Shown here one piece after another: positions 10,012-19,095 of a DNA stretch of 64,000 nt. The position numbers and the translations under genes are program-made. The notes under the pieces are model-generated. The model saw only the letters and a program-made list of their open reading frames with translations. It was not told the origin of the DNA and searched no databases. Within the stretch, counting starts at the first letter, position 1. The number at the start of each line of letters is the position of its first letter. This stretch comes from Candidatus Saccharimonadota bacterium. Lineage in GTDB: Bacteria; Patescibacteriota; Saccharimonadia; Saccharimonadales; Saccharimonadaceae. The DNA is taken from positions 9,210-73,209 of the forward strand of contig JAQGHC010000015.1 of the NCBI GenBank assembly GCA_028289015.1. The letters run 5' to 3'.

Positions 10012-10061
10012 CGATGTTCTATTGCATGATCGTAAAAAAGTAGGTATAATACTTTCCATTA

Positions 10062-10589
10062 ATGAGTAAATCTGTTGGTGAACCACTGCCGGAGCCTGAA
10101 CCTGAACCCGAACCCGAACCTTCTCCTTATCAAGATGCGTTATTTAGCGCACATGACGAACTGCAGATATACCCACCGTACCCTCAATACGTAAATACAA
10201 CCCGAGAATTTGAGGTGCGACTATTCGATGATTTCGAAAGCATTGAAATTGAGGCGACGCTTTATGGAGATTTAGTGAAGAAATATATCGATTTAGATAA
10301 GGATGATCAGTTTGAACTGGCTGATCGAATCGAGCATGCGATTGGTCGGACGGCGAGTAGACTGCTTGGTGAGGATTCAGGATTCGCATGCAAGCGCGAG
10401 ACGGTCGTATTGATCAATAATCTACCAGTTATATTTGAACCGGCTAATAATGCCATGCTTGTGGGGCGGTGGGGAGATCAAGGGAAAAACAAGATGAACA
10501 TCCGATCTGAATTTATCGAGGATCGAAACCAGCAACGACTGCTACTTGGTGGGCTGGCGGCTTTTGTGACGTATCTTGAACAACGATAA
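10062..10589 (+). CDS. Hypothetical protein with N-terminal (PE)n repeat
   Basis: 175-aa ORF with PEPEPEPEPEP; TATAAT -10 just upstream. Confidence 0.7.
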   Translation: MSKSVGEPLPEPEPEPEPEPSPYQDALFSAHDELQIYPPYPQYVNTTREFEVRLFDDFESIEIEATLYGDLVKKYIDLDKDDQFELADRIEHAIGRTASRLLGEDSGFACKRETVVLINNLPVIFEPANNAMLVGRWGDQGKNKMNIRSEFIEDRNQQRLLLGGLAAFVTYLEQR

Positions 10590-10657
10590 CCATCTTCATA
10601 TTTTGTCAAACATGGGATAAGATAGAAGGAATTGTTAATAAAAACGAAAGTTAGAAT

Positions 10658-11644
10658 ATGGAACCTGAAACAGAAACACGCGACACCACGGATATTTTTT
10701 TGTGGGCAAATAATACCGATGGTATTAAAAAAGAACTAGATGTTGAATTCTTTTTGTTCAACAAAAACTACACGCCGTATAGCACGAATTTCATGAGTGA
10801 TTTGAACGCTCAGATCAAGCCATTATTTTTGTATGACATGATCAATTTTGTTAACCTTGGCGCTGGTACGGGCTTGTCGGTTCGCGACTTCGAGCTGTCC
10901 GAAACGGAAGAAAACACCTTGCTTCGCACCGATCTTGAAAACGTGGGTCGTGCCGAAACATTGATTCATCTGATCGAAAATGAACGTCACGATATTGTTG
11001 AATTCAGCCAAGAAGAGCATGAATTCAAGCGCGTAAAGGGTATCGTTGCGCGTTTTACGCACAAAGATGATCCAAAGAAGGCATTCTATGCCGTTAAGGC
11101 GATTAGCCAGGGCGGGGTCTTAAACGGTGCAACGTCATGGGAATTCCGTGATGGTAAGTTCGGTGCATTCCAGGCCGATGTTGGGTTGAAGATGCCAACT
11201 GATAACCAGGTGCTGATTATTGATAAAGATATCTTTGTCTTCAACCAAAGCAAGTTCGAGCGGTTGTTTAACTACGACTACAAAAAGCAACTGCTTGCTG
11301 ATCAAAAAGTCGAAGAAATTCTGAAGCATTTCAAATTGAGCTTCCCGGATGGTCTAGACCTGCAAAGTCTGGTCCGCGAACGTAAAAAAATCGTCAACAA
11401 ATTGCAAAAGATGGAAATCGGCGAAGTCACGCAGGAACAGGCACTTGAATACGCCGATACCATGCAGCTGGAATTGATGTCTGACGATGCCGGTGCGATT
11501 ATTATCATGGACGGCAATGATCTTGATACATTCGTGAACTTGATTAACGAAGATTACATTACTAGTGAAATTACCGGCAAGCGCTTTGAGATCAAAAGCA
11601 AGAAGTTACTGGGCGAGCCAGACGGCGAACCGCCACGAGGTTAA
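10658..11644 (+). CDS. DUF4868 / Kiwa KwaB-like protein
   Basis: 328 aa; IFVFNQSKFERLFNY and C-terminal FVNLINEDYITSEITGKRF resemble DUF4868 family patterns (by eye). Confidence 0.65.
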   Translation: MEPETETRDTTDIFLWANNTDGIKKELDVEFFLFNKNYTPYSTNFMSDLNAQIKPLFLYDMINFVNLGAGTGLSVRDFELSETEENTLLRTDLENVGRAETLIHLIENERHDIVEFSQEEHEFKRVKGIVARFTHKDDPKKAFYAVKAISQGGVLNGATSWEFRDGKFGAFQADVGLKMPTDNQVLIIDKDIFVFNQSKFERLFNYDYKKQLLADQKVEEILKHFKLSFPDGLDLQSLVRERKKIVNKLQKMEIGEVTQEQALEYADTMQLELMSDDAGAIIIMDGNDLDTFVNLINEDYITSEITGKRFEIKSKKLLGEPDGEPPRG

Positions 11645-11645
11645 C

Positions 11646-11678
11646 AAAAAAATACCAGCTATCGCAGCTGGTATTTTT
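11646..11678 (+). terminator. Intrinsic terminator
   Basis: AAAAATACCAGCT-atcgc-AGCTGGTATTTTT. Confidence 0.85.
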
Positions 11679-11766
11679 AGTAAGCGAAATGAAGTCGGTC
11701 CCTGTTTCATTCTGCCTATGCTTGCTTTAGGGGTTAAAAAAGTATTAAATAGCGAACGAGCGATGA

Positions 11767-12117
11767 TTGTCGCAAGAATGTCCATTTTGTGTCGCCACGA
11801 GAGATGAGGGTTACGGGATGCCGCACATTAAGGTTTCATATCCAATAATCGCGCTTGAACTGACTGATGTGCCGAAGGGGAGTGCTAAGAAGCTGCGTAA
11901 GCTTCTAGGCAAGTATCTTAAGGCTCGCGGCATTAATGCACGCGTGGGGTACTCCGAAGTTGATAGTGCCATACGTATTTATATTAAATCGATGAGCGAG
12001 TCGACAAACGCCTGCAATGCGCTGATACAGGACACGATCCTCGTATTGGAGGGCGGTATTACGAATTGCAAGTCAATCAGCACAAAGAAGGGGCGTATCA
12101 TTAGTTGGTCACGCTGA
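11767..12117 (+). CDS. Hypothetical basic protein (ORFan cassette)
   Basis: 116-aa ORF from TTG (ATG 11818 with GAGG upstream is an alternative start), followed by a nested hairpin. Confidence 0.55.
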   Translation: MSQECPFCVATRDEGYGMPHIKVSYPIIALELTDVPKGSAKKLRKLLGKYLKARGINARVGYSEVDSAIRIYIKSMSESTNACNALIQDTILVLEGGITNCKSISTKKGRIISWSR

Positions 12118-12130
12118 CGATCACCACTAT

Positions 12131-12213
12131 GAGTCTCGTCTGATCTAGTCGAACTGTCGACCGAAGAAACTATACCTCTTCGGTCGACAGTTCCTGGGGG
12201 GACGGGCTCTTTT
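12131..12213 (+). terminator. Extended nested hairpin / terminator
   Basis: Perfect 17-bp stem 12151-12167/12177-12193 inside outer stem GAGTCTCGTC/GACGGGCTC, followed by a T-run. Confidence 0.7.
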
Positions 12214-12228
12214 CATATCTAAGGTAAA

Positions 12229-12771
12229 TTATGAGTCTAGCGCGCAGAGTAGTACGCCGTTGCCATTATCCCAAACGTAATATGTTGGGGCTGGGCAGTC
12301 ACTGGCGCCGCCCTTAAGAATAGTAATGATGATGTAGCCAGTTGGCCATATGCCCATATATGGTCCGACAATACCACTTATCGGGGTACGATCTCCAGTC
12401 GGGAGCTTACCGACTTTTTTAATCTCAGCCATGAGCGCCGCATTATCGTTCTCATGATATGTATACGTCGGTGAGTTAAGTTGATAGTCTCTACACTCAC
12501 CGCCAGCAATGCCATCTCCGTCAGGAAAGCCCGATCCTAAACAGTAGTCGGCAATGGGAACCGGAGGGTAGCTGTCGTATGTCGCTTTATACACCTCCAA
12601 TAGTTTTTTCCATGCCACTGCCTCGTTTGTCTTCGACATGTTGGCCGCCTTGGTTTGGATGCCGTTGAAAGCCACAATCGTTATTGAGGCAAGAATGCCA
12701 ACGACGACGATCACAATTAATAATTCTATAATTGTAAATCCACGCGATGGCTTCTTCATATTATCAGTCAT
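12229..12771 (-). CDS. Type IV pilin / prepilin-type protein
   Basis: RGFTIIELLIVIVVVGILASITIVAFNGIQ; Cys layout similar to the pilin at 617. Confidence 0.92.
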   Translation of the reverse strand: MTDNMKKPSRGFTIIELLIVIVVVGILASITIVAFNGIQTKAANMSKTNEAVAWKKLLEVYKATYDSYPPVPIADYCLGSGFPDGDGIAGGECRDYQLNSPTYTYHENDNAALMAEIKKVGKLPTGDRTPISGIVGPYMGIWPTGYIIITILKGGASDCPAPTYYVWDNGNGVLLCALDS

Positions 12772-12869
12772 TTTAGCATACGGCCGCTGAAATCACTAGT
12801 GCTTTTTAGCACGTAGCGGCCGTATCTTCTATCGCGCCTATGCTACGAAAAGTGCTATACTGATAAGTA

Positions 12870-14393
12870 ATGAATCAGGGGTTAGCGCTAGAGATTATGC
12901 TTTCGGGAGAAAGCGTGCTACTTACCGGGCCAGCGGGCGCCGGTAAAACTTTTGTATTGAATCAATTTATTAAACTTGCCAAAGCCGATGGCAAACATGT
13001 GTCTGTTACAGCAACGACAGGCCTAGCGGCGACGCATCTTGGCGGGACGACAATTCATAGTTGGTCTGGTATAGGTGTATCTGATCATTTGCCTCAAGGG
13101 TTTGCTGATCATGTCGCCAAAGGTCGCCGTGAAATTATTGAAAAGACTGACGTGCTAATCATTGACGAAATCTCGATGTTACATGATTACCGCCTGGATA
13201 TGGTTGATGAGGCTTGCCGATTGGTTCGTCGCAAGGATGTGCCGTTTGGCGGCATCCAGGTAATTATGAGCGGTGACTTCTTTCAGCTACCTCCAATCAA
13301 TCGTGGTGACAGCAGGGCGGGTGGGTTTGTTGTTCATAGTGAAGTTTGGAAAGAGTTAGATCCGACAGTATGTTATTTGCAAGAGCAACACCGTCAAGAT
13401 GACCAAGAATTATTAGATATTCTGAACGCGCTGCGTGCTGGTGAGATACGCCGCCACCATGCCGAGCAATTATTAGCTCGCGTTGATCAATCTCCACCCG
13501 AAAACATGATGTTGACAGAATTACATACGGTAAATATCGACGTTGACCGTTTGAACGAAGTTAAGCTTGCAGAGCTTGGCGGTGACGAACTTTTTTATAC
13601 ACAAACGACGACCGGTAGCGAAGGTTACGTCGAGAACTTACAACGATCTGTGCTAGCTCCGGCGACATTGCGACTTAAAAAGGGCGCGTTAGTAATGGCA
13701 GTTAAAAATGCAACAGATCGACGGTATGCGAATGGCAGTATCGGCATGATTAGCGATTTTGATCCTGCGACCGAATATCCGATTGTCGAGTTCCGCAGTG
13801 GCCGTACGGTGACGATGCAGCCCGAGACATGGGAGCTGCGTGACGGTGATAAGAAGCGGGCAAGTATTTCACAAATCCCACTGCGTCTAGCGTGGGCGAT
13901 TACCGTTCATAAGTCACAGGGGATGACGCTCGATGCGGCGCGTATCGATCTGCGAAAAGCCTTCGTTGAGGGCATGGGCTACGTTGCACTTAGCCGAGTA
14001 AAAAATTTGAACAATCTTTACCTACACGGCATTAATCGCATGGCGCTACAGGTCAGTGAAGATGCCCAAACTATCGATGGCACATTACGTGGACGAGCAG
14101 CGAACGACAGTAAGAAATTCGCCCATCTTGCAGAGCAGGCGACGAAACGAGCGAGCGAGCCACCTAAGAAAGAGAAGGCCGCGCCTGGTTGGTCGGACAA
14201 GATTGCGAAGATGCGCGAAACGTATCCAAATGCCTACCGTCCATGGCAGTCGGCAGACGACGAGCAGCTCAAGCAGGATTTTCAAAATGGAGTTTCACTC
14301 AAGGACTTGAGTAAAAAACTTGGTCGTCATGAAGGAAGTGTGACGATGCGGCTGCAGAAGCATTTTGGTGAAGATATTGTCACGACGCAATAA
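12870..14393 (+). CDS. PIF1-family (SF1B) DNA helicase
   Basis: TGPAGAGKT Walker A, IIDEISM, FGGIQVIMSGDFFQLPP, LAWAITVHKSQGMTLD, YVALSRV; C-terminal HTH-like YPNAYRPW domain. Confidence 0.93.
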   Translation: MNQGLALEIMLSGESVLLTGPAGAGKTFVLNQFIKLAKADGKHVSVTATTGLAATHLGGTTIHSWSGIGVSDHLPQGFADHVAKGRREIIEKTDVLIIDEISMLHDYRLDMVDEACRLVRRKDVPFGGIQVIMSGDFFQLPPINRGDSRAGGFVVHSEVWKELDPTVCYLQEQHRQDDQELLDILNALRAGEIRRHHAEQLLARVDQSPPENMMLTELHTVNIDVDRLNEVKLAELGGDELFYTQTTTGSEGYVENLQRSVLAPATLRLKKGALVMAVKNATDRRYANGSIGMISDFDPATEYPIVEFRSGRTVTMQPETWELRDGDKKRASISQIPLRLAWAITVHKSQGMTLDAARIDLRKAFVEGMGYVALSRVKNLNNLYLHGINRMALQVSEDAQTIDGTLRGRAANDSKKFAHLAEQATKRASEPPKKEKAAPGWSDKIAKMRETYPNAYRPWQSADDEQLKQDFQNGVSLKDLSKKLGRHEGSVTMRLQKHFGEDIVTTQ

Positions 14394-14477
14394 ATAGCGG
14401 AATTTTGCATGCCATAAGACGCCAATCATTGAGGTTGCACCCCAGCTAAGTTGAAAACTGTCGTATAATAGATACAT

Positions 14478-15740
14478 ATGCAAAAGAAACCCCAGCTGTC
14501 ATTTCCAAAAAAATTCTTGTGGGGTGCAGCAACAAGCGCACATCAAGTAGAGGGTAATACTCATAATCAGTGGACTGTCTGGGAATTTGAAAACACGATC
14601 GCGTTGGCGACTCGTGCAAGCTATCATTTTGAAGAATTGGAAAATTGGCCGCAAATAAAACTTGCAGCAAAAGATCCCAGTAACTATGTTTCCGCAAAGG
14701 GTGCCGATCACTACACCCGCTACGCGGAAGACTTTGACTTATTAAAAAATATGCAGATGAACGCGTTTCGTTTTAGTATCGAATGGTCGCGAGTTGAGCC
14801 GCAAGAAGGCGCATGGAACGTTGAAGCAATCGAGCATTACAAGCAGTATGTTAATGCATTGAAGCGACGCAACGTTGAGCCAATAGTGACATTGTTTCAT
14901 TTCACGCTGCCAGTTTGGTTTAGTGAAATAGGTGGGTTTGAAAAGCGTCGCAACGTAAAGTATTTCACACGGTTTGCAGAGAAGATTATCCGTGAGCTGG
15001 GCATAAGCGTTCGCTACGTGGTGACGATAAATGAGCCTGAGCTTTACGCCATTGAAAGTTATCTTGGCGGTCATTGGCCGCCAAACAAGACAAGTAAGTG
15101 GACAACTTGGCGCATGTTTAATAATCTGGCGTATGCCCACAATCAGGCGGCACGGACGATACATGCAATTAACCGACGGTATAAGGTATCGATCGCAAAA
15201 AATTCCTGTTATGTTTATGCAGGCGACAACGCGGTACTTAGCCGGTTTAGTGCCGCTGTTTTGCAATACATAAGAGATGATTATTTTTTGAAGAAAGTTG
15301 TCAAACAATGTGATTGGCTAGGAGTGAATTATTATTTTAGCGATAGAGTATATGGCTATCGAGTTCACAATCCCGACAAAAAGCTCAGCGATTTAGGCTG
15401 GGATCTTAGCCCAGAGAATATTCAGTATGCGCTTGAACGTTTGCATGAAAAGTACCAGTTGCCAATTATTATTACAGAAAACGGCCTCGCTGATGCCGAT
15501 GACAGCCAGCGACAGTGGTGGATTTCGCAAACACTGCTTGCAATGCATAGAGCAATGAAAAATGGTGTTAAACTTGAGGGGTATCTTCATTGGAGTTTAC
15601 TTGATAATTTCGAATGGGATAAAGGTTTTTGGCCACGATTCGGATTGATATCTGTCGATTACACCACAAAAAAACGGTCCTTGCGACCAAGTGCAGTATG
15701 GTATGGGAAAATTATTAAATACTTACGAGAAAATAACTAA
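14478..15740 (+). CDS. Glycoside hydrolase family 1 (beta-glucosidase)
   Basis: FPKKFLWGAATSAHQVEG, TINEP acid/base, ITENG nucleophile, WSLLDNFEW. Confidence 0.95.
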   Translation: MQKKPQLSFPKKFLWGAATSAHQVEGNTHNQWTVWEFENTIALATRASYHFEELENWPQIKLAAKDPSNYVSAKGADHYTRYAEDFDLLKNMQMNAFRFSIEWSRVEPQEGAWNVEAIEHYKQYVNALKRRNVEPIVTLFHFTLPVWFSEIGGFEKRRNVKYFTRFAEKIIRELGISVRYVVTINEPELYAIESYLGGHWPPNKTSKWTTWRMFNNLAYAHNQAARTIHAINRRYKVSIAKNSCYVYAGDNAVLSRFSAAVLQYIRDDYFLKKVVKQCDWLGVNYYFSDRVYGYRVHNPDKKLSDLGWDLSPENIQYALERLHEKYQLPIIITENGLADADDSQRQWWISQTLLAMHRAMKNGVKLEGYLHWSLLDNFEWDKGFWPRFGLISVDYTTKKRSLRPSAVWYGKIIKYLRENN

Positions 15741-15742
15741 CT

Positions 15743-16786
15743 ATGAATGATCCGTTTGCTCCGAATGAAATTAAAATAACTGTCATCGGCGGGGGAACGG
15801 GTAGCTTTACGTTGCTATCTGCTTTAAAAAACCATACCCGACAGATTGCTGCCGTGGTGAATATGGTGGATGATGGTGGGAGCACTGGCGTGTTACGGGA
15901 TGAGCTGGGCGTTTTGCCTCCTGGTGATGTGCGCCAGTGCCTGGTAGCGCTGAGCGACTCACCAAAGATTCGTGATCTTTTTAATTACCGGTTTGATGAG
16001 GGGACGTTTCAGGGACATGCGTTTGGTAATCTATTATTGACGGCTCTCGAGAAGATGACTGGAAGTTTTAGCGAAGCTGTTGAAACGGCATCGGAGATTT
16101 TGCGTGTTAACGGTGTCGTGATTCCTGCGACTTTAGATAACGTCCGCTTAAAGATGGAGTGGGCAGAGGCAAGTACGATTTTACATGGCGAGCGTATTAT
16201 TGACGCAGACTTTTTTAAATATGACCCACGCAAAGCGAATCTATCACTTGTTCCTGCTGCACGCGCAAATCCAACTGCATTAGCGGCGATTCAGCAGGCA
16301 GACCTGATAGTCATCGCACCTGGTGACCTCTATACTTCACTTGGTCCGTTGCTTGCAATCAATGGCGTTGGGGAGGCCTTGCAAAAGACAGATGCGACAA
16401 TTATGTATGTCTCAAACCTTGTGACAAAGCAGGGACAAACTGCGGGATTTTGCGTTAGTGATCACGCGGCAGAGATCGAGCGGTTTATCGGCGGCGAAGT
16501 ATTAGACTACGTCCTCTACAACAAGCAAGTGCCAACGAACGAACTGGCGAGGCGCTACAAGCAAGAGCATGCATACCTTGTTGAAGTAGATAAAGAAGTA
16601 TTGGTGACTAAGAAGTATAAGTCTGTCGGCGGTAACTTTTTAGGCGCAGTTGTCGAAGAGCATGATAGTGACGTGCTACCGGTAACCAGGTCATTGATCC
16701 GTCATGACTCCGAAGCGATTGCTCGGGCGTTAATCGAATTATACGAAACCGCACGTGATCCGAACTTCAATTCTTTGTCGCTTTAG
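15743..16786 (+). CDS. yvcK: YvcK/UPF0052 (GlmR-like) protein
   Basis: IGGGTG, DDGGSTGVLRDELGVLPPGDVRQCL, GHAFGNL, PGDLYTS. Confidence 0.92.
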   Translation: MNDPFAPNEIKITVIGGGTGSFTLLSALKNHTRQIAAVVNMVDDGGSTGVLRDELGVLPPGDVRQCLVALSDSPKIRDLFNYRFDEGTFQGHAFGNLLLTALEKMTGSFSEAVETASEILRVNGVVIPATLDNVRLKMEWAEASTILHGERIIDADFFKYDPRKANLSLVPAARANPTALAAIQQADLIVIAPGDLYTSLGPLLAINGVGEALQKTDATIMYVSNLVTKQGQTAGFCVSDHAAEIERFIGGEVLDYVLYNKQVPTNELARRYKQEHAYLVEVDKEVLVTKKYKSVGGNFLGAVVEEHDSDVLPVTRSLIRHDSEAIARALIELYETARDPNFNSLSL

Positions 16787-16856
16787 ATTACTAAATTACG
16801 GTTCGACAGTTTTTACTATTGACAAAATATAAGCATTATGCTAAATTAAAAGTATT

Positions 16857-17063
16857 ATGACAGATAAAACAAAAACAAACAATACAGTCGCCGAACCAAT
16901 CAATCATTCAGTAATTACTGATTTAGCAGCAAACCAAGATTTAAAACATTCAGTTTTGATCGTTTCTATCATTGTTAACTTGGTTGTCTTGACGACATGG
17001 GTTGCCTTGCAAGTGACAAGTCAGTACGACGCGCAAATAGCCAGCGTGTTATTTACACGATAA
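16857..17063 (+). CDS. Small single-pass membrane protein
   Basis: 68 aa with one TM segment; TTGACA...TGCTAAATT promoter upstream, terminator downstream. Confidence 0.75.
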   Translation: MTDKTKTNNTVAEPINHSVITDLAANQDLKHSVLIVSIIVNLVVLTTWVALQVTSQYDAQIASVLFTR

Positions 17064-17082
17064 ACAACATTATTTTATAGCT

Positions 17083-17116
17083 AAAACACCACGCATATAC
17101 AATGTGTGGTGTTTTT
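17083..17116 (+). terminator. Intrinsic terminator
   Basis: AAAACACCACGCAT-ataca-ATGTGTGGTGTTTTT. Confidence 0.8.
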
Positions 17117-17140
17117 GTATACCCCCGTTACAAACGCCAG

Positions 17141-17162
17141 TTATCCACCATATTGTGGATAA
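17141..17162. promoter_or_regulatory. Inverted pair of DnaA-box-like 9-mers
   Basis: TTATCCACC (17141-17149) and perfect TGTGGATAA (17154-17162). Confidence 0.6.
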
Positions 17163-17199
17163 AGCGTAAGCGACGTGCAAATAATAAATAAAATAGGGC

Positions 17200-17250
17200 T
17201 TGTCGTGGGTAACGGTGGGTATTATAGTAAAGCCAGTGGAAAGAAGTGGG
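17200..17250 (+). promoter_or_regulatory. dcw promoter with MraZ-binding GTGG(G) direct repeats
   Basis: TTGTCG-17-TATAGT; GTGGG at 17205, 17215, 17246 and GTGGA at 17236 (~10-bp phasing). Confidence 0.8.
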
Positions 17251-17339
17251 TAGCACCACATAAAACAAACAAACAACCACTACCATTAAAAAATAACCCA
17301 AAACGTAAAAGCCAAACGGGCAAGGGGCACGCTAAGTCA

Positions 17340-17702
17340 ATGGACTATTTCGAACGAAAGCTTGATGACAAGCACCGGTTAACCATACCTACCGAACTTC
17401 GAAATGAATTTGCTAGCGGCGTCGTATTGACACGGGGCTTTGGCCAGTACCTTCACTTGTACCCACAAAATATCTGGGACAGGGAAGTGGAACCAGCGCT
17501 AGACGGTAGCATTCTCGATGAGAAGGTTGCTGATCTTAACGTACGATTCCGCCGAGGAAAAACTACTGTAGGACTAGACCAAAAACAAGGTCGCGTCACT
17601 ATCGAGCAGCACCTGCTTGACTACGCTGGAATTGACCGGGAACTGATTGCCGTCCGAGCTGGCGCATATTGGCGCATTTTGCCAGCAACTGCCGACGTAT
17701 AG
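17340..17702 (+). CDS. mraZ: Division/cell-wall cluster transcriptional repressor MraZ
   Basis: YFERKLDDKHRLTIPTELR and LDQKQGRVTIEQHLLDYAGI SpoVT/AbrB repeats; first gene of the dcw cluster; ATG 17340 preferred to GTG 17175. Confidence 0.93.
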   Translation: MDYFERKLDDKHRLTIPTELRNEFASGVVLTRGFGQYLHLYPQNIWDREVEPALDGSILDEKVADLNVRFRRGKTTVGLDQKQGRVTIEQHLLDYAGIDRELIAVRAGAYWRILPATADV

Positions 17703-17757
17703 GGAAGAGCAAAACAACCGCACTTTAACAATTCGCATCAGATAGTAAAGATACACT

Positions 17758-18001
17758 CTCGAGATCGACTATCTGGTAGTAGAGCAAGTGGACCTACGGT
17801 ACCACTATAAAAATACCGATGCACCTTTCTCAAACACAACACCTCCCAAAAAAAACTCCACCTCACACACATAAGTCTCTCAATTGAACGAATAGGATTA
17901 TAAGTTGCCTTTGGCGCTGCCGATTTCGTTCAACCACTTATTACAAAAACAAACACAATAAAAAACAAAAAAAGCTCTGCTGCCAGTTAGGTGATCTCGA
18001 G
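17758..18001 (+). ncRNA. Candidate structured RNA element between mraZ and rsmH
   Basis: 28-nt arms 17758-17785/17974-18001 pair with 2 mismatches and 3 G-U pairs; internal TTGAACGAA/TTCGTTCAA stem. Confidence 0.5.
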
Positions 18002-18034
18002 TAAACACTCCCCATGTTATAATAGGGAAAGTTT

Positions 18035-18925
18035 ATGAGTATTAAAGAACATCCACCACAACATGTTCCGGTTTTACTAGAAGCAACGCTTGATACGCTG
18101 CATCCCATTGAGGGCGAGAATTATCTCGATCTCACGGCGGGGTACGGAGGTCATGCTCGGCGCTTTCTAGAACGAACCAAAAACTACGAGGCTTCTGTTT
18201 TAGTTGACCGCGACAGTTTTGCAATTGCAGAACTTGGCGAGTTTACTGAAAAAGGGGTTACTTTATTGCATACTGATTTTGTCAGCGCTGCTCGCAGCCT
18301 GGTTGAAGAGGGAAGGCAATTTGATATCGTTCTTGTTGATTTGGGGGTGTCATCGCCACAGCTCGACAAGAGCGAACGAGGGTTTTCCTTTACGCATGAT
18401 GGTCCGCTTGATATGCGGATGGATCGTCGCCAGGATGTATCAGCGGAAACGTTGGTCAATTCGGCATCAAAAGACGAGCTCATCCATATTATCAAAACCT
18501 ATGGTGAAGAGCCGACTGGGTTTGCAAAGCGAATCGCTGATGCAATTGTTACTAATCGTCCGATTACAACAACCCGTACACTCGCCGAACTTGTCAAAAA
18601 TGCTTACGTCGGGAAATGGAAAAAAATCCATCCAGCGACGCGTACTTTTCAAGCCCTCCGTATTGCGGTCAACCAAGAACTGCGACAAGTTGAAGAGCTA
18701 TTGCCACTTATCCCTAAGCTTTTAAAGCCTGGCGGGCGAGTTGGTATCATCAGCTTTCATAGTCTGGAAGATCGGTTAGTGAAACAGTATTTCAATGAAG
18801 AAAAGAATGCTGGGTACGAAGCCGAACTTCAGTTACTGACCAAAAAACCGCTAGCCGGAGACATTTACGATGTTCACAATCCGCGATCGCGCAGCGCTAA
18901 GCTACGCGCCGCAGTGAAAAAATAA
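18035..18925 (+). CDS. rsmH: 16S rRNA m4C1402 methyltransferase
   Basis: HVPVLL, DLTAGYGGH, DLGVSSPQLD, GPLDMRMD, HPATRTFQALRIAVN, ISFHSLEDRLVK, NPRSRSAKLR. Confidence 0.97.
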   Translation: MSIKEHPPQHVPVLLEATLDTLHPIEGENYLDLTAGYGGHARRFLERTKNYEASVLVDRDSFAIAELGEFTEKGVTLLHTDFVSAARSLVEEGRQFDIVLVDLGVSSPQLDKSERGFSFTHDGPLDMRMDRRQDVSAETLVNSASKDELIHIIKTYGEEPTGFAKRIADAIVTNRPITTTRTLAELVKNAYVGKWKKIHPATRTFQALRIAVNQELRQVEELLPLIPKLLKPGGRVGIISFHSLEDRLVKQYFNEEKNAGYEAELQLLTKKPLAGDIYDVHNPRSRSAKLRAAVKK

Positions 18926-18951
18926 AACAAAAAAAGAAAGGGCACAAAAAT

Positions 18952-19017
18952 ATGCCTATTCACATCCCAGTACAAAACACATCAGTCGAAACACAAGTGA
19001 CTGTACGTTTTAAATAA
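18952..19017 (+). CDS. Candidate 21-aa small peptide MPIHIPVQNTSVETQVTVRFK
   Basis: GAAAGGG RBS-like sequence upstream; followed by hairpin TTGGTGTGTCCGC...GCGGGCACACTACCAA before ftsL. Confidence 0.4.
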   Translation: MPIHIPVQNTSVETQVTVRFK

Positions 19018-19095
19018 ACTGAATTGGTGTGTCCGCTGTAAAAGGCGGGCACACTACCAAAATAAAAATAAATAATAGAAACAAAAATAATAACC

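Noticed and set aside
10078..10121. GAACCN tandem repeat as a CRISPR or VNTR
   Set aside because: It is a degenerate 6-bp coding repeat for (PE)n with no spacers.
12131..12213. Integron attC site
   Set aside because: No RYYYAAC/GTTRRRY ends, no cassette array and no integrase in the window.
17175..17339. N-terminal extension of MraZ from GTG 17175
   Set aside because: It overlaps the promoter and MraZ boxes; homology begins at ATG 17340.
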